Assembly: GCA_041750285.1 (NCBI GenBank)
Contig: JBGSZS010000013.1
Coordinates: 17,220-81,219 of the forward strand
Direction of reading: 5' to 3'
DNA: 64,000 nt
Source of the DNA: Candidatus Fermentibacteraceae bacterium
Lineage (GTDB): Bacteria > Fermentibacterota > Fermentibacteria > Fermentibacterales > JCC-6
This document shows, one piece after another, positions 39,501-49,090 of the stretch (within the stretch, counting starts at the first letter, position 1; each line of letters opens with the position of its first letter). The notes under the pieces were generated by a model. That model was not told the DNA's origin. It ran no database searches and saw only the letters and a program-made list of their open reading frames with translations. Position numbers and translations under genes: made by a program.

Positions 39501-41437
39501 AGGGATGCCAGGATGTCGAGGAAGCTCTCCGGATCAAGGCTGGCGCCCCCCACGAGGGCTCCGTTCACATCGGGCTGCGAAAGTATCCCGGAAGCATTCC
39601 CGGGGGTCACGCTGCCGCCGTAGATGATCCGTGTTTCACCCGCGAACTCTGCGCCGAGGATTTCTCCCAGGCACCCGCGGATCAGTTCGTGCACCTCCTG
39701 CGCCTGTTCGGCGGTGGCGTTCCTGCCGGTCCCGATGGCCCATACGGGCTCGTACGCTATGGCGAGGTTCGCGGGATCGGCGCCCCGGATGCCCCTGAGG
39801 GCCGCTTCGACCTGGGTCTTCACAACATGCCGGGTGCTGCCGGCCTCCCTCTCCGCAAGTGTCTCTCCCACGCAGAGGATCCCTTTCAGCCCCGCGATTA
39901 TTCCGGCCTGAAGCTTCCTCGCAACCACTTCGTCGGTCTCTCCAAGAATGTGGCGACGTTCGCTGTGACCCGCAAGGAACCACGAGCAGCCCGCGCCTTT
40001 GAGCATGCCCGGGCTGATCTCGCCGGTGAAGGCCCCCTTCTCCTCCCAGTAAAGGTCCTGGCCCCCGAGCATCACACCGGCGTCTTCGGCGTGACCGGCA
40101 AGCCCGGCCAGAATGGTGAAGGGAGGGAAAAGAACGACGTCGGCGCCGAAGTGCATGGAGTTGGAGACAAGAAGGTCGTCGAGGTAGTCCTGGCCCATCT
40201 GGAGCGTTCCGTTCATCTTCCAGTTGGCCCCGACCAGGGGTCTCACGCCCGGAACCGCGATGTGTTTAAGAGCGGGAAGATCATTGCCCTGAAGCAGTTC
40301 AAGGCTTGCTCCTCCCCCCGTGGAGGCATGGGTGACCTTTTCGAGCGCACCCGCCTCGGTTACCGCCCTCAGGCTGTCGCCCCCCCCCACGATGGTCACC
40401 GCGCCGGCTGCCGTTGCGTCCGCGAGGACGAGTGCGGTTTCCCGGGTCGCCGAGTCGAAGGGGGGCACCTCGAAGAGCCCCATCGGGCCGTTCCAGACGA
40501 TCGTGCCGCTTTTCATGAGAATATCGCGGAAGAGCTCAACCGATCGCGGACCGATGTCGTACCCTGCCATGTCCGGGGGAATGGAGTCCCACGGAACAGT
40601 GACCGGGGCTTCCTGCGGTGAACGGGCACAGACGTAGTCGACGGGAAGGACGAGGTTCACGCCGGCCTTTTCGGCGCTGGCCATTATCTCCCGGGCAGTT
40701 TCGATACGGTCCTCCTCCACAAGGCTCTTCCCGGTGGAAACACCCTTTGCCCGGCAGAAGGTGAAGGCCATGGCCCCGCCAATGAGTAGATCGTCGAGCT
40801 TTGGCAGGACATGCTGGATCATGGCCACCTTGTCGCTGACCTTTGCCCCGCCCATGAGAACGGTGAACGGTTTCCTTGGATGCGTTATCATCCTGCCGAA
40901 AGCCTCGAGCTCCTTCTCAACGAGCATGCCCGCGTACCCGCCGCCCATTGCCTGCGGAACTCCGGCGGTGGATGCGTGCTCCCTGTGGCAGGTTCCGAAG
41001 GCGTCGTTCACGTAGACATCAGCCAGTGATGCAAGAGAGCGGGAGAACTCGGCGTCGTTCCGTTCCTCGCCGGGATGGAAGCGCAGGTTCTCTATCACGA
41101 GGACCTGACCGGGGTGAAGACCCCTGGCCATTGCGGTGACCCTGGGCCCCGAGACACGGTCGATGAAGAACACCTCGTAGTCTTCCAGCAGCTCGGAGAG
41201 CCTCTCCGCCACCGGAGCCATGCTGTACTTCGCCTCGGGGGCTCCCTTGGGTCTGCCCAGGTGGCTTGCCAGGACCACGGGGCTTCCCTGGTCCAGAATG
41301 TATCTCAGGGTGGGCAGCGAGGCGGTTATCCTTCCGTCGTCCATCACGCGGCCGTTCTCGACCGGAACGTTCAGATCCGCCCTGAGGAAGACGGTCCTGC
41401 CACCCGTCCTGACCTCCCTGATCGAGGGGTATCTCAC
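39497..41437 (-). CDS. pgk: In-frame phosphoglycerate kinase / triosephosphate isomerase fusion
   Basis: [24 protein letters not shown]; then [31 protein letters not shown]. Confidence 0.96.
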   Translation of the reverse strand: MRYPSIREVRTGGRTVFLRADLNVPVENGRVMDDGRITASLPTLRYILDQGSPVVLASHLGRPKGAPEAKYSMAPVAERLSELLEDYEVFFIDRVSGPRVTAMARGLHPGQVLVIENLRFHPGEERNDAEFSRSLASLADVYVNDAFGTCHREHASTAGVPQAMGGGYAGMLVEKELEAFGRMITHPRKPFTVLMGGAKVSDKVAMIQHVLPKLDDLLIGGAMAFTFCRAKGVSTGKSLVEEDRIETAREIMASAEKAGVNLVLPVDYVCARSPQEAPVTVPWDSIPPDMAGYDIGPRSVELFRDILMKSGTIVWNGPMGLFEVPPFDSATRETALVLADATAAGAVTIVGGGDSLRAVTEAGALEKVTHASTGGGASLELLQGNDLPALKHIAVPGVRPLVGANWKMNGTLQMGQDYLDDLLVSNSMHFGADVVLFPPFTILAGLAGHAEDAGVMLGGQDLYWEEKGAFTGEISPGMLKGAGCSWFLAGHSERRHILGETDEVVARKLQAGIIAGLKGILCVGETLAEREAGSTRHVVKTQVEAALRGIRGADPANLAIAYEPVWAIGTGRNATAEQAQEVHELIRGCLGEILGAEFAGETRIIYGGSVTPGNASGILSQPDVNGALVGGASLDPESFLDILASL

Positions 41438-42450
41438 AACCCGACCTCCGCCATGTAGCAGAGCACGTCCACCATCCTGCTGGAGTAACCGTACTCGTTG
41501 TCGTACCAGGAGAGCACCTTGGCCATCCTGGGACCGTTCATGGAGGTGAGCTGCGAGTCGAACACCGAGCTGTGCGGGTTGCCCACGATGTCGGTGGACA
41601 CCAGGGGCTCGTCGGAGTACTGGAGGATGCCCTTCATCGGGCCCTCCGCGGCGCGTTTCATGGCGGCGTTGATCTCGTCGGCGGTGGTGTCCTTCGACAG
41701 GATGCAGACGAGATCGACGACGGAGCCATCAGCAACGGGAACCCTCACGGCCATGCCGTCGAGAATGCCCTTCAGTTCGGGTATCACAAGCCCTACTGCC
41801 GCCGCCGCGCCGGTGGTGGTGGGCACCATGTTTATGGCAGCCGACCTTGCCCTGCGAAGGTCGTCGTGGGGAAGGTCGAGGATTCGCTGGTCGTTCGTGT
41901 AGGCGTGGATGGTGGTCATGAGTCCCCGTTCGATGCCGAAGGTCTCGTGAAGGACGCTGGCCACAGGAGCAAGGCAGTTGGTGGTGCAGCTGGCGGTGCT
42001 GAGGATCTGGTGTTTCTCGGGGTCGTACAGGAAGTGGTTCACACCGTAGACCACGGTCAGGTCGGCGCCGGGTTTCCCGCTTGCGGGTGCGCTTATGAGA
42101 ACCCTTCTGGCGCCGGCGTTGAGGTGCAGGGCGGCCTTCTCCCTGGAGCGGAAGAAACCTGTGGACTCGATGACCACATCAACGCCCATGTCCTTCCAGG
42201 GCAGCACCGAAGGGTCCCTCTCGCTGAGGACCCTGAACTTGTCGGCTCCGGCCTGTATGTCTTCACCCTGAACCCGGACTTCGCCGGGGAACCTGCCGTG
42301 AACCGAGTCGTACTTCAAAAGGTGGGCCAGGGTGGCTGGATCGGTGAGGTCATTCACTGCCACGACGTCAACGCCGGGCCTCTTCACGGCTTCACGGTAG
42401 ACGAGGCGGCCGATCCTTCCAAATCCGTTTATGGCTATCTTCACAGACAT
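41434..42450 (-). CDS. gap: Glyceraldehyde-3-phosphate dehydrogenase type I
   Basis: [26 protein letters not shown]. Confidence 0.97.
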   Translation of the reverse strand: MSVKIAINGFGRIGRLVYREAVKRPGVDVVAVNDLTDPATLAHLLKYDSVHGRFPGEVRVQGEDIQAGADKFRVLSERDPSVLPWKDMGVDVVIESTGFFRSREKAALHLNAGARRVLISAPASGKPGADLTVVYGVNHFLYDPEKHQILSTASCTTNCLAPVASVLHETFGIERGLMTTIHAYTNDQRILDLPHDDLRRARSAAINMVPTTTGAAAAVGLVIPELKGILDGMAVRVPVADGSVVDLVCILSKDTTADEINAAMKRAAEGPMKGILQYSDEPLVSTDIVGNPHSSVFDSQLTSMNGPRMAKVLSWYDNEYGYSSRMVDVLCYMAEVGL

Positions 42451-42461
42451 TGGGTCTCCCT

Positions 42462-43505
42462 TCAGTCCCTGTCGAAAAACAGCTCTGCGAGTTGGTACAA
42501 ATCATCGGGAACGGTTTTCAGGGTGCCCACCGCCTCGGCGAGGGACGCTGTCTCTATCGAAGCGCCGCGCAGGACGACGATCCTGCCGGTTTCGCCGGAC
42601 TCCGCCACCTCCACGGCCTTCACTCCGAGCCTTGAGCCCAGAACCCTGTCGAATGCGGAAGGCGCGCCACCCCGCTGCAGGTGACCCAGCACCACGTGCC
42701 TGGTCTCGATACCCGTGCGGTCCTCTATCTCGTTCTTGAGAACCTCGCCGATACCGATACCGGTCCCCAGCTGAACATGGCCGAAGGAATCGGTTTCGGA
42801 GGAGTGGTAGACATGGCGGGCAAGCTGCGGGTCCATGGCGCCCTCGGCAACTGCCACGATGGCGTACCTGCGACCCGCCTGGAACCTTTTTCTCAGGATC
42901 TCGCAGACCTTGTCGGTGTCGAACTCCTTCTCCGGCGTGAGGATGATGTGCGCCCCTCCCGCGAGTCCGCCGTGAACCGCCATCCAGCCTGCGTGCCTGC
43001 CCATGATCTCGACCACCATTATCCTCTCGTGGCTCATGGTGGTGGTGCGGAGTTCGTCCAGGGCTTCCATCACCCGGTTGACGGCAGTATCGAACCCAAA
43101 CGTGTAGTCAGTCGCGGAGAGGTCGTTGTCTATGGTCTTGGGAACTCCGACCACCATCACGCCCATCTCCGAGAGGATGCTGGCAACGCCCAGGGTGTCT
43201 TCGCCCCCCACGGCTACAAGGCAGTCGATCCTGTTCGCGCCGAGGTTGTCCACGATCCTCTGAAAACCGTTTTCGGTCTTTCTGGGGTTGGTGCGGGAGC
43301 TGAAAAGAATGGTCCCGCCCATGGTGTGTATGCCCCTGACCGAGTCTCGTGTGAGGCTGACCGTGTCGTTCTCGAGTGCGCCTTTCCAGCCCCTGAGAAA
43401 ACCGGTCACGGTATGCCCCCCCGCGACGGCCCTGACAACGACGCCCCTGATCACAGCGTTAAGCCCGGGGGCATCTCCGCCACCGGTGAGAATGCCGATA
43501 TGCAA
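42462..43505 (-). CDS. pfkA: 6-phosphofructokinase
   Basis: [39 protein letters not shown] after GGAGG. Confidence 0.93.
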   Translation of the reverse strand: MHIGILTGGGDAPGLNAVIRGVVVRAVAGGHTVTGFLRGWKGALENDTVSLTRDSVRGIHTMGGTILFSSRTNPRKTENGFQRIVDNLGANRIDCLVAVGGEDTLGVASILSEMGVMVVGVPKTIDNDLSATDYTFGFDTAVNRVMEALDELRTTTMSHERIMVVEIMGRHAGWMAVHGGLAGGAHIILTPEKEFDTDKVCEILRKRFQAGRRYAIVAVAEGAMDPQLARHVYHSSETDSFGHVQLGTGIGIGEVLKNEIEDRTGIETRHVVLGHLQRGGAPSAFDRVLGSRLGVKAVEVAESGETGRIVVLRGASIETASLAEAVGTLKTVPDDLYQLAELFFDRD

Positions 43506-43515
43506 GACGAACCTC

Positions 43516-44304
43516 CTAGCGGAATCGTTCCGGCGGCCATCCATACGCTTGAACGGCGCGGGTCAGAACATTGAACTCGGAAAGATTCAGGGATTGCCCC
43601 CCGTCGGACAGGGCTTTGTCGGGATCGGGATGGACCTCGATCATCAGGCCGTCGGCCCCGGCCCCAAGCGAGGCCATGGAAAGCGACATGATGATGTCTC
43701 GCCTTCCGGCGGCGTGACACGGGTCCACGATCACGGGAAGGGAGCTTGACTGCCTGGCCAGGGGAACGGCGCTGATGTCGAGCGTCGACCTGGTCCAGGG
43801 CTCGAAAGTGCGTATTCCCCGCTCGCAGAGAACCACCGACTCGTTTCCCTCTTTCAGGATGTACTCTGCCGCGAGAAGCCACTCCTCGATGGTGGCCATG
43901 AAACCCCTCTTCAGAAGGACGGGTTTGCCGCACCTTCCGATCTCGGTCAGAAGAATGAAGTTGTGCATGTTCCTGGCGCCGACCTGGACCATGTCGAGGT
44001 AATCGAGGGCCGTCTCCAGCTGAGGGACCGACAGGACCTCGGAGACGACGGGAAGACCGGCATCGCGGCCGGCGCCCTTCAGCATGGCCAGCCCCTCGAT
44101 CCCGAGACCCTGAAAGGAATAAGGCGATGTTCTGGGTTTCCAGGTGCCGCCCCTGAGAAGTCCGGCGCCCGAGGCCTTGACCGAGAAGGCCACCTCCCGG
44201 ATCATCTCTTCATTCTCTACCGAACAGGGGCCGGCGATCAGCACCGGCGCGTCTCCGCCGAACTCAGCAGCCCCCACCCGAACCCGTCTTATTCCCAATC
44301 TCAA
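43516..44304 (-). CDS. aroF: DAHP synthase type I-beta (no regulatory domain)
   Basis: IAGPCSVE, KPRTSPYSFQG, GARNM, LLKRG, CERGIRTFE, IEVHP. Confidence 0.92.
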   Translation of the reverse strand: MRLGIRRVRVGAAEFGGDAPVLIAGPCSVENEEMIREVAFSVKASGAGLLRGGTWKPRTSPYSFQGLGIEGLAMLKGAGRDAGLPVVSEVLSVPQLETALDYLDMVQVGARNMHNFILLTEIGRCGKPVLLKRGFMATIEEWLLAAEYILKEGNESVVLCERGIRTFEPWTRSTLDISAVPLARQSSSLPVIVDPCHAAGRRDIIMSLSMASLGAGADGLMIEVHPDPDKALSDGGQSLNLSEFNVLTRAVQAYGWPPERFR

Positions 44305-45965
44305 CCTTTCAGCAGTGTGTTGGATAACATCCGGATGATCTCGCGCAGGGCGGAATCCGACACGGGGCCGGCATTATGGCCGATTGCGCTGTTGACCTGT
44401 TCCTCGAGCCAGTTCGGGTCGAAACCCGCGCCGATGCCCTGCATCAAGGCCGCCCTTGTGTTCAGAAGCCTTATGAGATCAACGTCGAGACGCAGGAGCT
44501 CACCGCGGTAGTCCGGCTCGACCTCGGTCGTGCCGACCTTTGCCCGGTCCAGCTTTCCCGAGGATGTTTTCGGAAGCCCGAGAACGAAGCGGAATTCCCT
44601 TGGTATCTTGAAGTCTTCCAGACGGTCGGTCAGGAAGCTTCTGAGGTCGGGGCCCGTCAGTGTGCTGCCCGGAGCTGTGACGATGTAGGCAACCGGGGTT
44701 TCCCCCCGCTGCGCCCGTTCCTCGCCGACCACGCAGACATCCCTGACATCGGGGTGCAGCAGGAGGACCAGCTCGACCTCGGTCGGGTAGAGTTTCAGGC
44801 CCGCGGGTTTGATCATCCCCCCCCTGCGCCCCACGAAATGCAGCCTGCCCTTGACCCGGCTGAAGATGTCTCCGCTGCGGTACCAGCCGTCCTGGAACAG
44901 CTGCGCCGTCAGCACGCGGTCCCCCATGTAACGTGATGCGAGCCCCGAGCCGCTGACCCAGAGTTCACCCCGTCCCTCCTCCACCGGCTCACCGTCTTCG
45001 TCCCTGAGGATCATCGAGTACCCGGGAACGGCCCTGGAAAGCCCCGGTTTCCCGGGATCGCCAACCAGGGCAACGCCCGAGGTCTCGGTGCTTCCCCAGA
45101 CCGGGGTGACGGGCACCCCGGTGCCCCGATGGAAGACCTCCATGAAGCGCTCGTTCACGTGCATCCCGCCCGCTTCGACCACCCTGAGGCTCGAGATGTC
45201 GGCATCGTCCCTGTCAGACAGTCTGGCGAAGCTCTCGAGCTGCGGGGGGAGACCCATGAGGAATGTTACACGGTGCCGTGTGACGGCCTCGACGTGCTGC
45301 CTGGGATAGACGCCGGGGATGAGAACCGTGCGGGCGCCGAGCCAGAGACCCCTCATGAACAGTTCGTGGGGGTGGCCGATGACCCCGAAGAGCGACATGA
45401 GAACATCGTCTTCCAGAAGACCCATGGCAGCGGATACCCCGGCGGTGTTGGCGAGGAGCTGTTCATGCGTGGTGGCGGCGATCTTGGGCAACCCGGTGGA
45501 ACCGCTGGTGGCGTTCAGATAGAAATCCGCCCCGGGTGGAACCGACAGTCGCTCGCCCGGTTCGAGGATTGGTGATTCAAGGTCTTCAGGCCCGAACTCG
45601 ACGGTTTTCTCGGTGAACTGCACCGGGTCTTCGGATGCGCTCCAAAAGAGCACGATCCTGTTCCGGAAGCGGTTGAAGAGGGCTTCCCGTTCGTTCGAGA
45701 GCCAGTTCGGGTTCAGGCACAGAAAGGCCGCCCCCGTGGCGGAAACCGCAGTGAACGCCACGGGAAGGGCGCATGACCTGTTCACAAGGACCCCGACAAC
45801 GCTCTCGGGACCTGCGCCAGCCTCGGTGAGCCTGGAGGCGAGGTGCATCGACGCCTTCTGCCACTGGCTGAAGGTCAGGCTTCGATCCGGATCGACCAGG
45901 GCGGTCTTGTCCCCCCGGCTTCCGGCATGTCTTTCCAGAAGCCCGTGTACGGTGAGTTCAGTCAA
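44301..45965 (-). CDS. Adenylate-forming (acyl-CoA ligase) enzyme with C-terminal chorismate-mutase-like domain
   Basis: TSGSTGLPK, WGSTE, YRSGD, LPKTSSGK; tail YRGELLRLDVDLIRLLNTRA...GPVSDSALREI. Confidence 0.85.
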   Translation of the reverse strand: MTELTVHGLLERHAGSRGDKTALVDPDRSLTFSQWQKASMHLASRLTEAGAGPESVVGVLVNRSCALPVAFTAVSATGAAFLCLNPNWLSNEREALFNRFRNRIVLFWSASEDPVQFTEKTVEFGPEDLESPILEPGERLSVPPGADFYLNATSGSTGLPKIAATTHEQLLANTAGVSAAMGLLEDDVLMSLFGVIGHPHELFMRGLWLGARTVLIPGVYPRQHVEAVTRHRVTFLMGLPPQLESFARLSDRDDADISSLRVVEAGGMHVNERFMEVFHRGTGVPVTPVWGSTETSGVALVGDPGKPGLSRAVPGYSMILRDEDGEPVEEGRGELWVSGSGLASRYMGDRVLTAQLFQDGWYRSGDIFSRVKGRLHFVGRRGGMIKPAGLKLYPTEVELVLLLHPDVRDVCVVGEERAQRGETPVAYIVTAPGSTLTGPDLRSFLTDRLEDFKIPREFRFVLGLPKTSSGKLDRAKVGTTEVEPDYRGELLRLDVDLIRLLNTRAALMQGIGAGFDPNWLEEQVNSAIGHNAGPVSDSALREIIRMLSNTLLKG

Positions 45966-45980
45966 TCCGCTGACCTGCTC

Positions 45981-47108
45981 CTACTCTTCCTGCTTGGCGC
46001 CGCAGGAGGGGCAGAACTTCGCCCCGGCTGCCAGTTCGGCGCCGCACTTCACACAGGGAGTTCCGCCAAGCTTCCTTCCGCAGTGGTGGCAGAACTTCGC
46101 CCCCGCGGGAACAGGCTGGCTGCAGCCCGGACAAAGCTCGGCGAGGGGCTTCCCGCACTCGGGGCAGAACTTGCCGTCTGCGACCATGGCTCCGCATGAA
46201 CCGCACTTCACCAGTGCGGCAGCTGCACCCTGGCTGCCCTGGGCCGCCCCGGCATGCATGGACTGGCCCATCATGTTGGCCATCGCCATGCCCATTCCAA
46301 GCCCTGCGCCCATGCCCACTCCCGCGCCGGCGGCCCCGCCGTCGCCTCCGCCCTGCGCGGCGTCACCCATGGCGGTGGCTGTCTTGAACCTGAGGTACTG
46401 GTCGACATTGCCGATGGCGCCCATGGCGCTCCGCTCGTCGATGCGTTTCTGGACCTCTTCCGGCGGGGTGATCGCGCTTACGTAGAAGTCGACCAGACGA
46501 ATGCCGTACTTCTCGAAGTCATCGCCCATGCGGGCTTTGGCAAGGGTGCCGATCTCGTCGTATGACTGGGCAAGGTCGAAGATGCTCTCGAGCGTCTCGC
46601 CAAGAAGGTCGGCAAGACGGCTGATTATGATGTTCTTGAGGAACTCCTCGATCGAGTCGGAGCTGTATCGACCTTCGGTGCCCACCACCTTGTTGACGAA
46701 CAGCTTCGAGTCTTCGACCTTCATGGAGAAGTTGCCGAAGGCCCGGAGCCTGACCATTGCAAGTTCCTTGTCACGGAACGGTATGGGCTCTTTGGTTCCC
46801 CACTTCATGTCGGTGAAGGTCTTCTTGTTGATGTAGTAGACCTCGGCCCTGAAGGGGCTGCCGGAACCTTCGAAGGCAAGACCGGCAAGCTCCGCCAGCA
46901 GCGGGATGTTCTGGGTCGTGAGGGTGTGACGGCCCGGTCCCAGCACGTCCATGGCCTTCCCGTCACGGAAGAAGATGGCCTCCTGGCTCTCCCTGACTAT
47001 GCACTGGCTGCCGATTCGGAACTCGCCTGAACCCGCTTCGGGTATCCGGTGGACGATCTCCTTCCCGGAGTCATCCAGGAATTCGATGATCTCAAGCCTT
47101 CTGAACAT
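45981..47108 (-). CDS. SPFH-domain protein with double zinc ribbons (YdjI-like)
   Basis: GSQCIVRESQEAIFFRDG, KWGT..PI, RAFG; C-terminal CxxC repeats. Confidence 0.9.
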   Translation of the reverse strand: MFRRLEIIEFLDDSGKEIVHRIPEAGSGEFRIGSQCIVRESQEAIFFRDGKAMDVLGPGRHTLTTQNIPLLAELAGLAFEGSGSPFRAEVYYINKKTFTDMKWGTKEPIPFRDKELAMVRLRAFGNFSMKVEDSKLFVNKVVGTEGRYSSDSIEEFLKNIIISRLADLLGETLESIFDLAQSYDEIGTLAKARMGDDFEKYGIRLVDFYVSAITPPEEVQKRIDERSAMGAIGNVDQYLRFKTATAMGDAAQGGGDGGAAGAGVGMGAGLGMGMAMANMMGQSMHAGAAQGSQGAAAALVKCGSCGAMVADGKFCPECGKPLAELCPGCSQPVPAGAKFCHHCGRKLGGTPCVKCGAELAAGAKFCPSCGAKQEE

Positions 47109-47125
47109 TTGTATTCCCTTCTGCC

Positions 47126-47650
47126 TCAATCGGTGGGTGTATTGTTATCAAGATCCACCACGAGCTGGCTTCTTCCGTCCATCCTGGCATTGAACGCGTC
47201 GAGCGATGCGATGGCCGTTTCGAGAGCGCCGGCCACGTCTCCGCCGCCGGAAACGGCGTCGGTCACCGCAGCAAAATCGTCTTCGAGCTTCTCGACATCC
47301 TCGACCAGGGCCACGTCGAACTGGTAGAGCCTGTCCAGCTCTTCCTCCCTCACCTTGTGCATGTCAAACCAGCCACGGTAGCCACGGGCCGCGAACCTTA
47401 CCTTGTCGGCGACCTTCTCGAGCTTCTTGGTGAGGCGGTCGAAACCGCCTGCGGTCTTAAGTGCAGCCGGACCCTTCAGACCCGACAGGGAGTTGTTCAC
47501 CAGGCCGTTCAGTTTCTCGATCCTCTCTGCGAGCATGGAGCGGAAAAGCGCGTCGTTGTCGCGCCTTTCCTCCTTGCCCTTGTAGCCCTTGTACCCCGGG
47601 ATCAGCCTGATGGCCTTCTCCAGAAAACTGAGATTTCTTCCCTCACTCAT
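47126..47650 (-). CDS. Conserved coiled-coil hypothetical protein
   Basis: IPGYKGY..KEERRD.D, GY.GWFD..KVREEELDRLYQFD. Confidence 0.8.
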   Translation of the reverse strand: MSEGRNLSFLEKAIRLIPGYKGYKGKEERRDNDALFRSMLAERIEKLNGLVNNSLSGLKGPAALKTAGGFDRLTKKLEKVADKVRFAARGYRGWFDMHKVREEELDRLYQFDVALVEDVEKLEDDFAAVTDAVSGGGDVAGALETAIASLDAFNARMDGRSQLVVDLDNNTPTD

Positions 47651-47723
47651 CTTGTTTCCCCTTCCGTTCCAAAGACCGGTTATCAAGAAGTAATAAGAAA
47701 TACCCAATCCGCGTCAATGACGG

Positions 47724-48713
47724 TCATCGCACGCTCTCGATGTTCACGGAGTGCTCTCTTGAGGTCCGGGCGAAGAGATGCCGTCCGCTGCCGTCCTCCC
47801 TGCTCACGAAAAAGAGGTATCCCCCGGTGGTGTCGGGTCCGGCAACGGCCCGGAGCGAAGCCGGCCCCGGCGAGCAGATGGCGCCAGGAGGCAGACCCTG
47901 ATGACGGTAGGTATTGTACGGACTCTCGACTTCGAGGTCGCTGTAGAGCAGCCGTTCCCTGACCTCGCCCAGTGCGTACTGTACCGTGGCGCAGCTTTCG
48001 AGCCTCATGTCCCGGCGGAGCCTGAGCAGGAAAACGCCTGATATCAGCGGCAGCTCGGAAGCATCCCTGCCCTCCCTCTCCACTATTGACGCCAGAACGA
48101 CTGCCTGTTCCGGGGTCAGCCCTATGGCGGCGCACGAATCCTTCCAGGAAGGTGTCATGACCTGTTCCCCGGTGGCCGCTATGCGGGACAGGATCTCCAC
48201 TGCCGTGAGGCTGTCGGCGAACTCGTATGTCTCGGGGAAGAGGTAACCCTCCATCCTGGGAATGCCCATGGAAGCGAGGAACTCAGGATCCTTGGCGACG
48301 TCCATGAAGTCGCCCTGCGGCCGCTCCATCTGCGAAGCGAGCAGACCGATGCCTTCCTCCAGCCTGACGCCGGGAGGGATGGTCACCCAGTGGGTGGGGG
48401 TCGGAATGACTTCCCCCCTCGTGAACATCCCCAGGATGGTCTCCACCATCATGGTGTCGGAGAGGAGGTATTTGCCTGCTTGGAGCGGTGCGGGAGCGAA
48501 TGCCTGCCTGTACTTCCAGATCACCACGAAGCGGCTTCTCACGAGTCCGGAATCCTGCAGGGCGGAGGCAACCTTCCTGACCCCCCATCCCCTCTCCAGC
48601 GAGAAGGTGGCGACCATACCGGTGCCCGGTGGAGAGGAGACGACGCGGTATCCGATCATCAGCGTGATGAACAGGACAAAAAGGAGAACAAGGAACACGA
48701 CGGCTTTTTTCAT
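47724..48713 (-). CDS. mltG: Endolytic transglycosylase MltG
   Basis: EGYLFPETY, LASIVEREG, SPYNTY..GLPPGAICSPG. Confidence 0.93.
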   Translation of the reverse strand: MKKAVVFLVLLFVLFITLMIGYRVVSSPPGTGMVATFSLERGWGVRKVASALQDSGLVRSRFVVIWKYRQAFAPAPLQAGKYLLSDTMMVETILGMFTRGEVIPTPTHWVTIPPGVRLEEGIGLLASQMERPQGDFMDVAKDPEFLASMGIPRMEGYLFPETYEFADSLTAVEILSRIAATGEQVMTPSWKDSCAAIGLTPEQAVVLASIVEREGRDASELPLISGVFLLRLRRDMRLESCATVQYALGEVRERLLYSDLEVESPYNTYRHQGLPPGAICSPGPASLRAVAGPDTTGGYLFFVSREDGSGRHLFARTSREHSVNIESVR

Positions 48714-49090
48714 GGTTCGCAAAGGTACCTTTTCAGTATCAGGCATGCCGCGGCGGAGTCGACAGAGCCTCGTCTCCGGATCCCGGGGCACGCTTCCAGA
48801 GCTTCAAGGGTCGTTCCGGTCTCCCTTTGAAGCACAACCGCATATCCCCTGCCCAAAAGCCTCGCAGCAAGTTTTTCAACCTCTTTTGAAAGCAGGGTCT
48901 CCTGGCCCGAGGCTCCCAGGGGGAGCCCCAGCACAACGGTAATATCGCCCCATTCCGCCGGAAGAGCACCCAGTCTCTCCTCGATGTGCTTCCACCCGCC
49001 CAGAACGGGGTCAAGCGGAAGTACGACACCTTCGAGCATGACGGCCAGTCCGGTTCGCGCCCTTCCGTAATCCAGCCCCACGTAAACCAT
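48710..49090 (-). CDS. ruvX: YqgF/RuvX pre-16S rRNA nuclease
   Basis: GLDYG.ARTGLA, VVLGLP, VDSAAACLIL; adjacent to mltG. Confidence 0.85.
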   Translation of the reverse strand: MVYVGLDYGRARTGLAVMLEGVVLPLDPVLGGWKHIEERLGALPAEWGDITVVLGLPLGASGQETLLSKEVEKLAARLLGRGYAVVLQRETGTTLEALEACPGIRRRGSVDSAAACLILKRYLCEP

